A stretch of 64,000 nt of DNA, taken from positions 18,538,001-18,602,000 of the forward strand of contig OX597822.1 of NCBI GenBank assembly GCA_951406725.2, read 5' to 3'. The position numbers and the translations under genes were made by a program. The notes beneath the pieces are model-generated. The model saw only the letters and a program-made list of their open reading frames with translations, made no database searches and was not told where the DNA came from. The first letter of the stretch is position 1, and each line of letters opens with the position of its first letter. Shown in pieces: positions 1-13,085 of the stretch. The stretch comes from Octopus vulgaris. Lineage: Eukaryota.

Positions 1-869
1 AATCCTATTCTTCAATCTTAAAACAAAAAGGAACACAGTAGATAAGGTAATCCTTGAAAGATGAGATGGATTTTACAACTGGAATCCCATTTGATCAGTT
101 CTGCTGGATCAGAGCTAATCATCATCAACAACATCTCAGTGAAACTAAATCTTTCTCAGTAAATATATTGTACCACATGCTTTAAATCTTAAAACACTAC
201 AACAAACATCCCTGTCATATGATTAAATCATTAAATTTAAGCCCTAGAATGCTGTGCCTACAAATATCCCTACCAGATGGTTTAAGTCCTGTATTTAAGT
301 CTTTAAATGCTAAGGTCGCAGGCCCTATATTAAAGATGGGAGGGTTACATTTAGGTACATCAATGATGACATGTAGAGAAGTAAAATCTTCTGTAACATT
401 TGGTCTAATTACCTATCCTATTGAGTGCCCATAATTTTTTCCCTAAGCAAACCTGACGGGAGTATTTCGATAAGACCAACAGCAACAACAACGCCTCCAG
501 CAATAAAAACAATCACTGTGAAGTAAAGTTTAAACTTCATTATTTTCTTATTGATCTACATTTATTGATTTCTCTCACCTTTTCTTTCTTTTCTTTTCAC
601 TTACTATCCCATTCTCAACGCTTCTCTCACTCAGTATTCTACTCTCTTTTTCTTTTATTTTCTCTCTCTTCCTCCCCCTCTCTTGTATTGATTCAGTCTT
701 TCACTACTGCTATGTATAGATAAGATTCTGTTTAATGTACAAGTATGTTATAGCGAATTGAATTCTATTCTTCCTTTGTGCCATCCCTCTGATGCAAGAA
801 CAGGAATAAAATATGGCAGATATAAGCTACGTATCAAAACAAACCTTTGCTCTTCTCCATTTCTTTTAT

Positions 870-946
870 ATCTCTCTCCCTCTCTCTCTCTCTCTCCCTC
901 CATCTCTCTCTATCTCTCTCCCTCTCTCTCTCTCTCTCTCCCTCCA

Positions 947-980
<34 letters not shown>
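870..980. repeat. (CT)n then (CA)n microsatellite
   Basis: Direct dinucleotide runs; explains the overlapping SLSL/THTH ORFs. Confidence 0.95.
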
Positions 981-981
<1 letters not shown>

Positions 982-1222
982 TATTTATACGGGAGGCAGA
1001 GTGCTACTTTTATTCCCCATCCTGTTTCTCCATTTGTTAAAATTTAACTACTCTTATATTACCCTCTCACTCTCTTCTGTTGTTCTCTCCCTTAGCTTCC
1101 TCTCTCTTTCTCTCTCTCTCTCTCTCTTCCACTGTCATCTTTCTCTCTTCCCCTTTGTCGTCTCTTATCATTTTACATAAGCACACATACACATTCATAC
1201 ATCCACACACATGCACATCAAA

Positions 1223-1267
<45 letters not shown>

Positions 1268-1314
1268 GAAATATTAAAATTACTAAGTCTCTCTAAAAGT
1301 ATGGCGATAACTAT

Positions 1315-1349
<35 letters not shown>

Positions 1350-2123
1350 TGTATGTGTGTGCATGTTAATATATATATATATATATAAATATATATACGT
1401 ATATATGTGTACATATATGATTTATTAAAGATTGGCTTATAGAGTTACAATTCCACTCCAGTGCTCATGGTTTTTCAAAGCCAATAAGTAAATCAGTTCA
1501 GAGGGTGAATATATAATTTTAAAGACCGTTGAAACGGAATTATAACTCTGGAGGCCAGTCTTTAATAAACAAAAATATTTAACTCTTTTTTTTCTGAAGT
1601 ATTGCTTACTTTATTAGAATTTGAAAAAGACTTGCTTAAAATATATATATATCTATGTATATATAATTGTGTGTGTGCATACACACACACACACACACAC
1701 ACACACATGCACTCACACACACACACACACACGCATACAGACATATTTATATATATATAAGATATTTAAAAGATGCATAATTTATGTATAGGTGCATATC
1801 ATCATCATCATCATTTTAATGTCTCCTTTCCCTCATTTGGATCAGATGAAAGTATTTGGTGGTAGAGTTGTCTGCCATACAACAAACAGCTCAGACTTGT
1901 TTACATGGGAAACTGGAATTAAATGACACTGTATGATCGAGCCTTTTGTTTGCAAAACTTATGCAGCCTATCATGACATATCGTGGAGCCCGGATATGCT
2001 TCTGAGGTGGACAGCAAAAGTAAGGGGCACCTTTAGTGAAAGCATTGTTTACAACCAGTGAATGGACACACTCACATGTAGACAAGGAAAATACAAACTC
2101 ATGCATACAAATACATGCACGCA

Positions 2124-2162
<39 letters not shown>

Positions 2163-2199
2163 TACAATTCCACATTAGTATTGTAGTTGTTGTTGTTAA

Positions 2200-2654
2200 G
2201 GTGGTTGGTTGACTGAAATCTGAGCACATCAGGCAAAACGCTTAGTAGCATTTCTTCTGACTTTACATTCCAAATTCTGATTACCATGAGGCTGACTTTG
2301 CCTTTCATCCTGTTAGGGTCAATAAAATAGGTACCAGTTGAGTACTGAGGTTGATTCACTAAAATTGTTGGCACATTTTGATTTTCTTCTTCATCATCAT
2401 CATCATTATCATTGTGGTGGCAAGTTGGCAGAAACATTAGCACATTGGACAAAATGCTTAGCATCTTTACGTTCAAATTCCACCAAGGTAGACTTTGCCT
2501 TTCATCCTTTCAGGATCAATAAATTAACTGTCAGTGAAACACTGGGGTCAATGTAATTGACTAATCATCCTCCCCCAAATTTTGGGCCTTGTGCCTTTAG
2601 TAGAAGTAATTATTATTATTATTATTATTATTATCATTATTATTATTATTATTA

Positions 2655-2704
<50 letters not shown>

Positions 2705-2915
2705 TAAGGCAGTGAGCTGGCAGAATTGTTAGCATGCTGGATGAAATGCTTAGCAGTATTTCACCGTTTGTTACATTCTGAGTTCAGATTCCACTGCGGT
2801 TGACTTTGCCTTACATACTTCTGGGCTCAATATATTTAGTATCATTTAAACACTGGGGTTGATATAATCAACTAACACCCTCCCCCCAAATTTCAGGCCT
2901 TGTGCTTATAATAGA
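2200..2915 (+). mobile_element. Cluster of three degenerate tRNA-derived SINEs (family B, core gcctttcatcctttcggggtcgataaaataagtaccag)
   Basis: Motif ttctgagttcaaattcc...gactttgcctttcatcc recurs at about 2200-2350, 2415-2610 and 2707-2915; same family at 14100-14495 and 38690-38915. The core resembles the widely conserved Meta-type SINE domain (recalled, not searched). Confidence 0.8.
2608..2704. repeat. (TTA)n microsatellite
   Basis: Direct trinucleotide run. Confidence 0.95.
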
Positions 2916-2936
2916 AATGATGATTATTATTATTAT

Positions 2937-3464
2937 ACAGTAGTCTTATTTGTTTTCACTGCACTACTGAGCACAATTCTGTGTGCCTTGAGTATGCACT
3001 GTGGTTTGTTGTGATGCTCTTATTTTCACTGTATTGAAAGTGCTTTATGTAGGATGTCTCTGGTGCCTAGCGGTGCTATTTTCTGCATGTTATATATACT
3101 TGCAAGTCCTGGTGTTTTTGTTATGTGCTTGTCTGAATATGTTTTTTTTATCATACCTAATGTGCCTACTATAATAGGAATTGTTTTTGTTTTTTAGGCT
3201 CCAAATTTGAGTTACCTCTATTTTCTGCATGTTATATATACTTGCAAGTCCTGGTGTTTTTGTTATGTGCTTGTCTGAATATGTTTTTTATCATACCTAA
3301 TGTGCCTACTATAATAGGAATTGTTTTTGTTTTTTAGGCTCCAAATTTGAGTTACCTCTATTTTCAGATCTTTGTACTTTCAAAGTTTCTCCATTTCTTT
3401 TAGAGAAGCATTGGTCATTTTTACTTGATGATCTCAGACAACTATATAACTATATCTGGCCAAC

Positions 3465-3465
<1 letters not shown>
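2937..3465 (-). mobile_element. 3' end of an R4/Dong-like RLE non-LTR retrotransposon (relic)
   Basis: Minus strand reads ggccagatatagtt (PDIV, RLE motif); flanked by (TTA)n on both sides; internal duplication of about 142 bp. Confidence 0.6.
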
Positions 3466-3507
<42 letters not shown>

Positions 3508-3544
3508 TATTTTTATATCTGCATATTTGTTACTATCACTTGTT

Positions 3545-4960
3545 GAGACACACCCAGCATCCTAGGGCAAGTGAAGGATAAGAGATGTTACAGTATGACT
3601 GAAAGCTTGAGGAGGGGAAGTGGCAGGGGTAGTATTGAAATATCTTCATGTAATACAACACAGGCGTTTAAATTGATGGGGTTTTCTAAGGATGTGGGCA
3701 TTACTTGTCAACATAATCTTTTAGATTTCTCTGAGATATGGTTCTCCTGGGATATTATCTTGATGTTTCTGACATCCTTTTCTTATTGTACCTAGGGCAC
3801 CCGCAATAACAGGAACAGTTCTTGCTTTAAGATGCTACATTAATCTACTAGTATTTTTCTTTCCTATCTTTAATGACTATGTCTGGTCAAGTAGCCTGGA
3901 TTGTTCTGTCAATGTTGACTGGAAAATCCAAGAGGATAGGGACATTTTTACCTTCAACAACTGACTCAGGATGATGTTCATACCAGTAAGCAGGAGTACT
4001 GATTTTGTTGTGTTTACATATTTTCCAATGTAAATACTGTCCTACCCTATCGTGGCAATTTTTGTAATTGTTTAGTGTCAGCACAGGACATGCTGTGATG
4101 AGATATTTTGTCAAATGTGTCACAGAATCTGAATTTAGGATCAGAACTGTTTTAAAGAACATTAGCCTGGTAGTTTTTGGTAAGCAAGCTTTGATCTTGT
4201 GCTACCAATATGAAACCTTCAGTCTCTCCTTTCAGTCCTGAGCTTCTCAACCACTGATGGGTTGTTGCTTGGTCTACATCAGCATCTTGGCTTTGGAGTA
4301 TATACTGTCCATGAAGAGGCTTCTGGCTCCATCACACCTCAATCTTTGTTTCTGCTTGTTCTTTTTTGCAGTCTGCTTGATCCATTTTGCTACTTTTGTG
4401 GCAGTGGTTTCAGGTTCATCAACTATTTCAGGATTAATGTGAAGTTCCCTTGTGAATTTCCAAGCTTCCTTGACATTGGAATGTGACTTTTTGCTGCTTT
4501 CGTGTTTGCATACAAGCTGCAGTGACCACTCCTCTGTACTAGATTAGTACCAGTTCATTGCTCTTGTGGAAGTGTTATAGCACAGTTCTACCTACATCAT
4601 TCTTCTTTCCCCATTTAGTCTAGGTAGGTACAGACGATCAACGTCTGCTTCTGGGTGGTGCCATATCCTTAGATGTTAGTAGTCTTCTTGTCTTCCTGTT
4701 CATACATTGGAGCTCTGTGAGATTCCAGTTAATGATGTTAAAACTATATTTGACTACTGGAAGTGCCAGGGTGTTAATGGCTTCATTGCAATTTTTGGAG
4801 TTGAGTTCAGTTTTTAGTATGAGTCTTATTCTCCTGTAATATTCCTTTCTTATTTCTTCCTTCATAGTAGCACGTATACCATCTTCGTTTATCCCCAGCT
4901 ATTTATAGCTTTCTTGTGAATCAAGCTCCTTGATGGTAGTGTCACACCTCATCTAATTGT
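3545..4960 (-). mobile_element. Degenerate R4/Dong-like LINE (RT C-terminus, CCHC region, RLE)
   Basis: ORFs 4638-4865 (EYYRRIRLILKTELNSKN..AINTLALPV..YSF) and 3887-4162 (HDRVGQYLHWKICK...WYEHHPESVVE...DFPVNIDRTIQA) are typical of R4-clade ORFs. Confidence 0.8.
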
Positions 4961-5129
4961 TTGCCTTTCCTCACTACTTTAACCTATATCTTTAGGCAAG
5001 CTTATGGCATTGAGTCACCTACAGAGGAGAATCTGAGCAGTAAGAGACTGACTCAAACACTATGAAATATATTAGTAATCTCTACTATGGTGTTGAATAC
5101 TCTTTTTCTGCCAGTTAACACTAAACAAA

Positions 5130-5199
<70 letters not shown>

Positions 5200-5326
5200 C
5201 CTATCTATCTATCTACCTACCTACCTACCTACCTACCTACCTACCTACCTACCTACCTACCTACCTACCTACCTACCTACCTACCTACCTACCTACCTAC
5301 CTGCATGCACACACACACACACACAC
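5130..5326. repeat. (TCTA)n-(CCTA)n-(CA)n compound microsatellite
   Basis: Direct tetranucleotide runs. Confidence 0.95.
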
Positions 5327-5640
5327 GCAAATCTAATTGTGCGCATATTTTGTTCTGTAATGAAATATTAAATTTTCGTTTCTAACCAATATTCTGAAAT
5401 ATACTGGTAATATTGATTCAGTTTTCTTTATTACTCTTTCGCAGACATGATAGATGGCAAATTGTTACTGGAAACTCCCTCAAGTCTATACAACAAAAGG
5501 AAATAAATAAACATATTCATAACTGTAAATCAGATAGTGAATTGCAAAATATTTCTTTAAATGACACCAAATAAAAAATATTTGTCACAGATGTTACATT
5601 AAATTCAAATACATACATACCCACACACACATGCACACAC

Positions 5641-5673
<33 letters not shown>

Positions 5674-5754
5674 TGAATGTATGCATCCATTCATGTATGC
5701 AGACACAGGCATGACTGTATGGTGAACAAATTCACTCCACAGCCACATGGTTTC

Positions 5755-6567
5755 AGTGACCTCCATGAGGCATTGACCTGAGTGACATCACTGTGTCTAC
5801 TTCACAAGTTGTGAAATTTGTGTTGCTTTGATCATGTCTATGCTGTGGTCAGCGATTTTGTCATGGACAGGGACAAAGAACCAACATGAAATTTTGCGTT
5901 AACCTTGGGAAGTCTACTGCAGAGACATTGAGCATGCTTATGGTGATGAAGCAATGGGCCGTACACAGTGTTTCAAGTGGTATGAGCACTTCAAAAGCAG
6001 AAGAACTTCCCTAGAAGACGATAATTTATCTTCTAGAAGACCTGCCATGTGTGTCACCCCTGGAAAGGTGGAGAAAATTCATCATCTTGTGCCTGAGGAT
6101 CGTTGGAGTACAATTAATGACATTGGTGATGTTGTTGGTCAGTCATGTGTGTCCGAGCAGGCAATTCTAATGTCCGGATTCTTCATGACAACAATGCACC
6201 CTGTCACTGAGCTCGTTTCACTCATGAGCTTCTCACCAAAAGCAACATGGTATCACTTACACACTCACCCTGTTTGCGACATTTAGCACCTGAGGACTTC
6301 CATCTCTTTCCTTCCCTAGAGGAAAATACAGCTCAAAGATTGCTGTTTTAACACCATTATTAAGATCAAGGTCCTCGACTCACTTATGGTCCTTGGCTCA
6401 CTTAAAGCAAATGACTTCCAGGTCAGATTCCAAACATGGCACCAATGCTGGGACTTCTGTATTGCTGCATTATGTGACTATTTCAAAGGAGATAGTGTTA
6501 AAAATTTGGTAGATAAATCATTTTTTATTAAACATAACTAGTCTGAGAACTTTTTTGATACTACCTT
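5755..6567 (+). mobile_element. Mariner relic, 5'-truncated and internally deleted
   Basis: ORF 5954-6286 MGRTQCFKWYEHFKSRRTSLEDD is a mariner HTH region; 3' TIR gaactttttgatactacct is shared with the copy at 40290-41584. Confidence 0.85.
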
Positions 6568-6589
6568 ATATATGCTGTAAAGTCTCAAA

Positions 6590-7370
6590 GAATGGTAATG
6601 CTGTTACTTTCAACTACTGGTTTTGGCTAGTTTTCACATCAGCTTCTGAATATGTTCAGCACAGGCTTTTGCAGAAAGTCCAGTGAATGTATTGGCCAAC
6701 TCTATCATGTCTAGGTTTATCTTCAGTTGAAGTGAGGGTTAAGCATCCAGATAGCATATAGTCAATTGTTTCATTGTGAGCATCAGAAACTCTGCACTTG
6801 GGGTTTGCTCCATTTTTGAGGATGTTAGCTTCTGTGTGTATTGCACTCTGATTCTGTACAGCAAGAATGAATCCCTCGGTTTCTGCCTTCAGCTCTGAAC
6901 TCTGCAGCCACTGATGGGTTTTTGGTTGGTATACATCAGCTCCTGGATGTGGAGATAGTATTGGCCATGGAGAAGTGGTTTTTGTTGTCATCCTATACAC
7001 TGCTCCATATTTCTCAGCTTTTTATAGAATGGAACTTCTTCTGGGGTCCTTGGCTTTTCACCAATATCACCATCCAATCACTGGTCTTAACTTAAGTATT
7101 TTTGCAGACCATTTCTGCTTTATATGCGACTTCTAGTTGGATCATCCCTCTTCTGCCTCATTTCCCTGGTAGCTGGAGGTAGTTTATATCCACCTTTGGA
7201 TAATGCTTTTTATTTATAGTTTACATCCATTCTTTGTAGCCCAGCAAGGTTCCAGTTGATGGCATTGAAGCAATATTCTATCAACAGGTAGCTTCTATGC
7301 AGTTCTTTGTATTTCTCCTTTCAAATTTTCCCCTTCATTTTTCTGTGCTGAATACCTTTACCTTGTGAAT
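6590..7370 (-). mobile_element. Second degenerate R4/Dong-like LINE fragment
   Basis: ORF 6656-7000 WLQSSELKAETEGFILAVQNQ...KCR...ETID..LSGC...RHDRVGQYIHW. Confidence 0.8.
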
Positions 7371-10300
7371 ATCATCTTTTTTTTTTTTGTTGTTGCTGTT
7401 GCTGTTGTTAGGGCAGTAAGCTTGAAGAATTGACCATTGAAAATCTATTTTGTGCTATTTCTTCAAGCTTTTGACATTCTCATCGGGTTCAATAAAATAA
7501 AATACTAGCGCTGGGTTGATACAACCAACCAACATTCTTCCTTCAAATTAGCTGGCCTTCTACCTAAATCAGAAATAATAATTATTGTTGTTGTTGCTGT
7601 TACCTTGTACTAGTTACAATATGTGTCAAAGTATATTTCAGTTATTAGACATTAATACCAACAATGTAACATGACATCAAATTTCATTTCCATTTCTTTG
7701 CTTAAATTTTTCTTTTGTTGTTTCTAAAGTGTTTTTAAATAATAGTACCATTTGTCTTAAAATTTTTTGTTTTTTTTATCTCCGTCTCATTGATGAGATG
7801 CTAAAATAAAGAAAGCTCTTTCTATGATCAGTATTTTTGGATGGTGACCAAGATATTGAAAAGAATGTTCAGTAACTCATGATACTCTAATGTTACCATC
7901 TGTGTATAGTTGCCTTAACTTGTCTGAAAGATCAACTTCCATGACCTAACTGCTCAAATCAACTGTAAGATTCTTCGCCATCTTCTTCTTATCACCAAAG
8001 AGTTTTACTTAAATTGATGATCTATTTTCAGACTCACACATTTTTCTATGATTGATGAGGTTAGTGCAGCCAGCTCATTGGAGAGCGTATTGGTCACTCA
8101 ATTACATCTCAAATGAAGCATGCACTTTCCACTCTGCTGGATTTGTTTCCTATTCAAATGCACTTGCTGGCAACCATATTGAATGCTTGAATGTTGTTTA
8201 GTATCATTTCTTGTTCTTTTAATGCTGCAAAGTTTCTAATAGAAATATTTCTTGCAGTCTACCAAGTAATTATTTGTTCCACTCCATCTAATATTTCATG
8301 CATTTAGTAAGAAAATATTCATTGATTTATTTGCTTTTTTTCCAATTCATTTCATTTCAATTCAAAGTCATGGATGATATTCTTCAAAAATATTGAAAAA
8401 TTTAGCAGAGTTTACACTGAAATATTCCTCTGGATTTCGATAATGCAGAATAGGAATTTTGTTCTTAAATTCTCAGAAGAAAGTTGGAAAGAGTTATAGA
8501 ATATCGATTTCTTTGCTTCTTTTCACTCTGCTGCTAATGGATTTAAAGATAGTAAAATTCTGTCAAAATTTTTTTACCATATTAGATGTGAATTAATACA
8601 AAAAGAAATGATAATAATGAATCAGCTTCATTTATTTTTTTGTTTTTGTTTGTTGGTATATTCTCTGTAATAAATATTTATAAATTTAATAGTGGTGTTG
8701 TTTACTTGTTTATTCCTTTCTTATAATATATATAATGGGATAATTATATAGCAGTATTTGTTATTTTTTCCTGAAGAAAAATTAATTGAATTACTTCATT
8801 CATATGAAAGGAACTTCTCTAGATATCCATTATCAGTTTTGTCACAGGCATAGCTGTGTGGTTAAAAGTTTGCTTTCCAATCATGTGGTTTTGAGTTCAG
8901 TTCCATTACAAACCTTGTGAATGGATTTAACAATTGGAAACTGAAAGAAACCATTCATATATGTTTGTATGTGTATGTCAGGAGGGGATGTAGCTTCATG
9001 CTATACAGCCTGAGAAAAATGGTAATGCCATATTTCCATTTCTGATACTTGATACCTATTTGTAAGAACAAGAAGAATAAAAACCTCAAATTTAAGAATT
9101 TGGGGATGGCAGGAAGAACATCCTGCAGTAAGTCTTCAAATGAGTCCATGTCAAAGCTATGTGAGCATGGAATAGGGGACACAGAAACAAAGGAAAGCAG
9201 TAATAACTGGGTTTGTGGTGAAAGAGTTAAAAAAAATGAATTTCATAGGACTGAGACAAAAGGGTTCCAACAGAGTGTCTTATAGAAGTAAGTCAAAAGT
9301 TTTAGCCATTAAGTTATGCCCTCCTCCTCTTCTTCCAACTCCTCATCCTCCCTCCTCCCCCTCCTCCTCCTCATCATCATCAGCAGCAGTAGCAGCAGCA
9401 ATTTAACATCTACTTTTCTATGCTTGCATAGGTCATACAAGAGTACACTGGGACAGTGTTCTCTATGGTCAGATGCCCTTTTGGTCCCAGCTCTCACTAA
9501 ATTCCAAGCAAAGTAATAATTTCCCAGACATTTTTACATGAAGAACTAGAAAGAAACGACACTGCATGAATGAGCCGTTTGTTTACAAAGAACACACATG
9601 TTCAGAAGCTTTGACCTGCTTTCACAGTAGACTGCAAGTAAATTACATTGTCCAACACCATCTGTGAAGCAACCATTGTTTACAATTGGCAAACAGATAT
9701 GAAAACGAGGATAATATGAACTCACACACACACACAGGCATGGTTGTGTGTTTAAGAAGCTCACTTTGCAATCACATAGCTTAGGTTCAGTTCCACTGCC
9801 TGGCACCTTGGGTGTCATCAACTATAACCCTGGACCAACCAATTTCTTGTGACTGAAATTACTACATGGAAATTGCGTGGAAAGCCCATCATATAAAAAG
9901 GTGTATGTTTGATTTTGTATTTCTCTTACTTTCTCTGGTTTGTAAACAATGGCTTCTTGAGAGTGTTTTTGTTTGCAATCTACCACAAAAGCATGTCTGG
10001 GCTGGGAGATTATTAGCTCACTTGGAAGGACATCTAGAAACTCTGTGCCAACATAGTCTGACACATGCAAGCAGCAATGGTGATGACATTTCTATGCAAT
10101 TTATGCCCACCAATTCTACCCATAGAGCATTTTTCAACCCAAGGCTATAGCAGAAGTCATTTCCTTAATGTGCCAGTCACAGGGATAGCACTTGCAACCA
10201 TATGGTTACAAAGTAAACTCCATAACCACACAGCAATGCCTGTCTTTGATTCTTTGAAATAAAATTATCTGTTTTAAAGTGTCCAATATTTATTTTTGGG

Positions 10301-11111
10301 GTGGGGTGGGGATCATTTACTGACAGCAGTTTTTTCTTAAGACTCTCCTACTTTTGTTTGTTGTTCCCAAATAAATACCTTCTTGCACATTTATTTAATG
10401 GTTCTTTGATCACTACTTTGGCAAGTGCTGTGGAGTATGTACTGAGGTTTAACATCACAGAAACATGTCCAGAAGAATCACTAGTATTGTTCCTTCCTTA
10501 CCACAAATTTTTTTCTAGTTAGTTTCTTTGATGTTTCACAGTGATGGCCATGTTTCTTCATGATTTGGGCTTTGACCCCTCAGTGCAGTTCTATAAGTAA
10601 GTGACTCCTATTATAGCTGTGGGTCAATCAAAGCCTTTTGAATGAAATTTGGTCCACAGAAAATGTGTGGATGCCAGTCAAAGGAACTGTTCATGTTTCT
10701 CTGGGATTTGACTTGATCCAACACTATCCCAGCTACTCCAAACCTTTGGATAATTTTTTCAAAATGCTTTGTTGCAAAAATTTGGAAGAGAATAAAAGGT
10801 ATTGGAATTGAAACTCACATTGTTGACTGCCAATATGTACAATCCTGTACTCTACTAGAGACTTAAGAAAGATTTTTGAGATTTGAGGAGACATGTCACC
10901 AAACCTCAGACTGCTAATTAAATTAGCATGCATTCGCAGTGGAATAACAACAACAACAGTTGTAGTAGTGGTGATGAATTGGGTGAGTCATTAGGGTAGT
11001 AGATAGAGTATCTAGCAGTATCTATTTTGACTCACTGAGCTCTGAGTTCAAATCCCACTCAGCCCAGCTACAGTTTTTGTCCTTGACAGTCAATAAAAAA
11101 CTTATGTACAT

Positions 11112-11273
11112 AGGTGGAGGCACAATGGCCAGGGGGTGGTGGCGACCCCTGCTGTACTCTTTCGCCACAACTTCTATCACTCTTTCTTCTGTTGGCCTGC
11201 CCGCTTAGCCAGCGGGGTAGCGTCACTTGTGATAAGCGGTGTGTAGCAACATCTGATAGCCTGGTCGGTCACG

Positions 11274-11278
<5 letters not shown>
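11112..11278 (+). mobile_element. Internally deleted tRNA-derived SINE (family C)
   Basis: Matches the head and tail of the complete copy at 54230-54520. Confidence 0.75.
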
Positions 11279-11307
<29 letters not shown>

Positions 11308-11424
11308 CTTTTTGTTAATCTCAGAGGCATTATTTGGGCCACAGGCACTGCCTTATCCCATGACTAAAAAATAATACAAAATATTTTATTAATTTACACA
11401 CACACACACATATATATATATACC

Positions 11425-12675
11425 CAGGCTTATTCCTCATTTTCTTTTTGGGAGGGGGTAGCCACAACAAGACACCAAGCATTCCATTTATTTCCCAGCT
11501 CAAAGAGGCGAGCCCTGTTCTATGCTCAGGTCAAGGCATAGAATGCAACCCCCAGTATCAGTAGCAGGATCCGACAGCATATGTTGGGTTATTCCTGCCG
11601 CATCAAGCTGGTTCCATACCCCTTTGAGCAACATCAAATTCACTCATCTGTCCACAAACATTCTCCAACCTTTCCTATCATTTATAATCTCTCTTGCCTC
11701 TCTCACTTCAACACCTCTGACCATCAAAGCTTTCCTCACTCCATCCATCCACACAAACCAAGGTCTGCCTCTGGTTCTGCTGTCTACCACTTCTGCCTTC
11801 ATCACCCTCTTTACCATCCACTCCTCATCCATCCTCTCCATGTGGCCAAACCACCTCAACATTTGTCTATCCAATTTGGTTGTTTTCCTTTCATTCCTGC
11901 TTGTCTGCGCACTTCTTCATTCCTCATCCTGTCCATCCATGTCACACCCACCATATCCCTCAAACACATCTAGTTGCCTCTTTTCTGCCTCTCTCAGTCC
12001 CCACGTCTCTGCACCGTATAACATTGTCAGCACAGTCATGCCCTCATACACACCTCTTTTCGCTTTCATACTAACCTTTTATCTCTTAGCATACCTTTCA
12101 CAACTTCAAGTATTTTACTCCCCTCCTTCACTCCGTATCCCACCTCCTCAGCCAACGCCCCATCCACCATCACATGTGACCCCAGATACTTAAAAACACT
12201 CACCTCCTCTAACATCTCACCATTTATACTCACATCCATCCTACCAGCCATTCCATCTCTCAAACATCTCATCACCTTACTCTTAGCTACATTTTAATTT
12301 TAGTTTCCTCCTCTCACACAGCTCTTCCAAACTCTATCACCAGTCTCTTCAGTTGCTCTTCCAAATCCACCACCAGTGCTGTATCATCAGCAAACAACTG
12401 ACTCGCCTGCCATTTCTCTCCATTTTCTCCCACCATTTGGGCTCCCCTACCGAGGGTTCTAGCATTCACCTCTTTCACCACACCATCCATATATAGGTTA
12501 AGTACCCACAGAGACATTACACAACCTTGTCTTAACCCCACCTTCACATCAAACCATTCACTTACTTCACTACCCACCCTAATGCATGCCTTACTTTCCC
12601 TATAGAAACTCTGTACAGCCCTCAGCAATCTACCATCTACAACTGCAGCACATTGCATCCCTATCCACTTGGTCA

Positions 12676-12678
<3 letters not shown>
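11425..12678 (-). mobile_element. 5'-truncated RTE-type LINE (RT domain to 3' end), frameshifted
   Basis: ORFs 12314-12676 (GLRQGCVMS...LFADD), 12066-12275 (FKYLG) and 11644-11874 (LRWFGHMERM...RGRP). Confidence 0.9.
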
Positions 12679-12720
<42 letters not shown>

Positions 12721-12721
12721 T

Positions 12722-13085
12722 TAAAATGAGGGTGAGAAATTAGATATTAATTTAATTAACATCGATTTCACACCAGTGGTCTAGCATATAGAAAAACTGA
12801 AGGTTCAGTAAAATTGTATTATATACATATTAGAGGGAAACCACTATGTGGTCACACCAATGATCTCGGACATTCACGTAAGTAAAATTACGTAATATGG
12901 TTATAGTGAAACATGTATGTGAATAATCCATATTTATATTGCTTTTTCTTTTGTCTTGCTCGATTACATTTTGGTTGTTTTGCTAAATATTTTCTTGAGA
13001 ACATTTCTTAGTGGTAAGGCCATACCAGATCTATTTCTAGCATAAGGGTGTCCACATAGTGGTTTCCCTCTAATATGTATATATA
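12722..13085. mobile_element. Small non-coding element with inverted ends, related to the 48621-49980 family
   Basis: agggtgagaaattagatattaatttaat...cacaccagtggtctag matches 49033-49092; inverted repeat atatacatattagagggaaaccactatgtgg at 12821-12851 and 13052-13082. Confidence 0.6.

Noticed and set aside
219-434. 71-aa plus ORF and an open minus frame (274-412, VIRPNVTEDF...) as a host exon
   Set aside because: No recognisable domain, weak acceptor, and flanks look repeat-derived
758-1265. ORFs rich in SLSL, THTH, YIYI and VCVC here and throughout the window
   Set aside because: Translations of microsatellites
7830-8560. Possible mariner relic
   Set aside because: Only vague resemblance; no TIR or motif could be fixed
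11522-12193. 223-aa plus-strand ORF
   Set aside because: Antisense shadow of the minus-strand LINE
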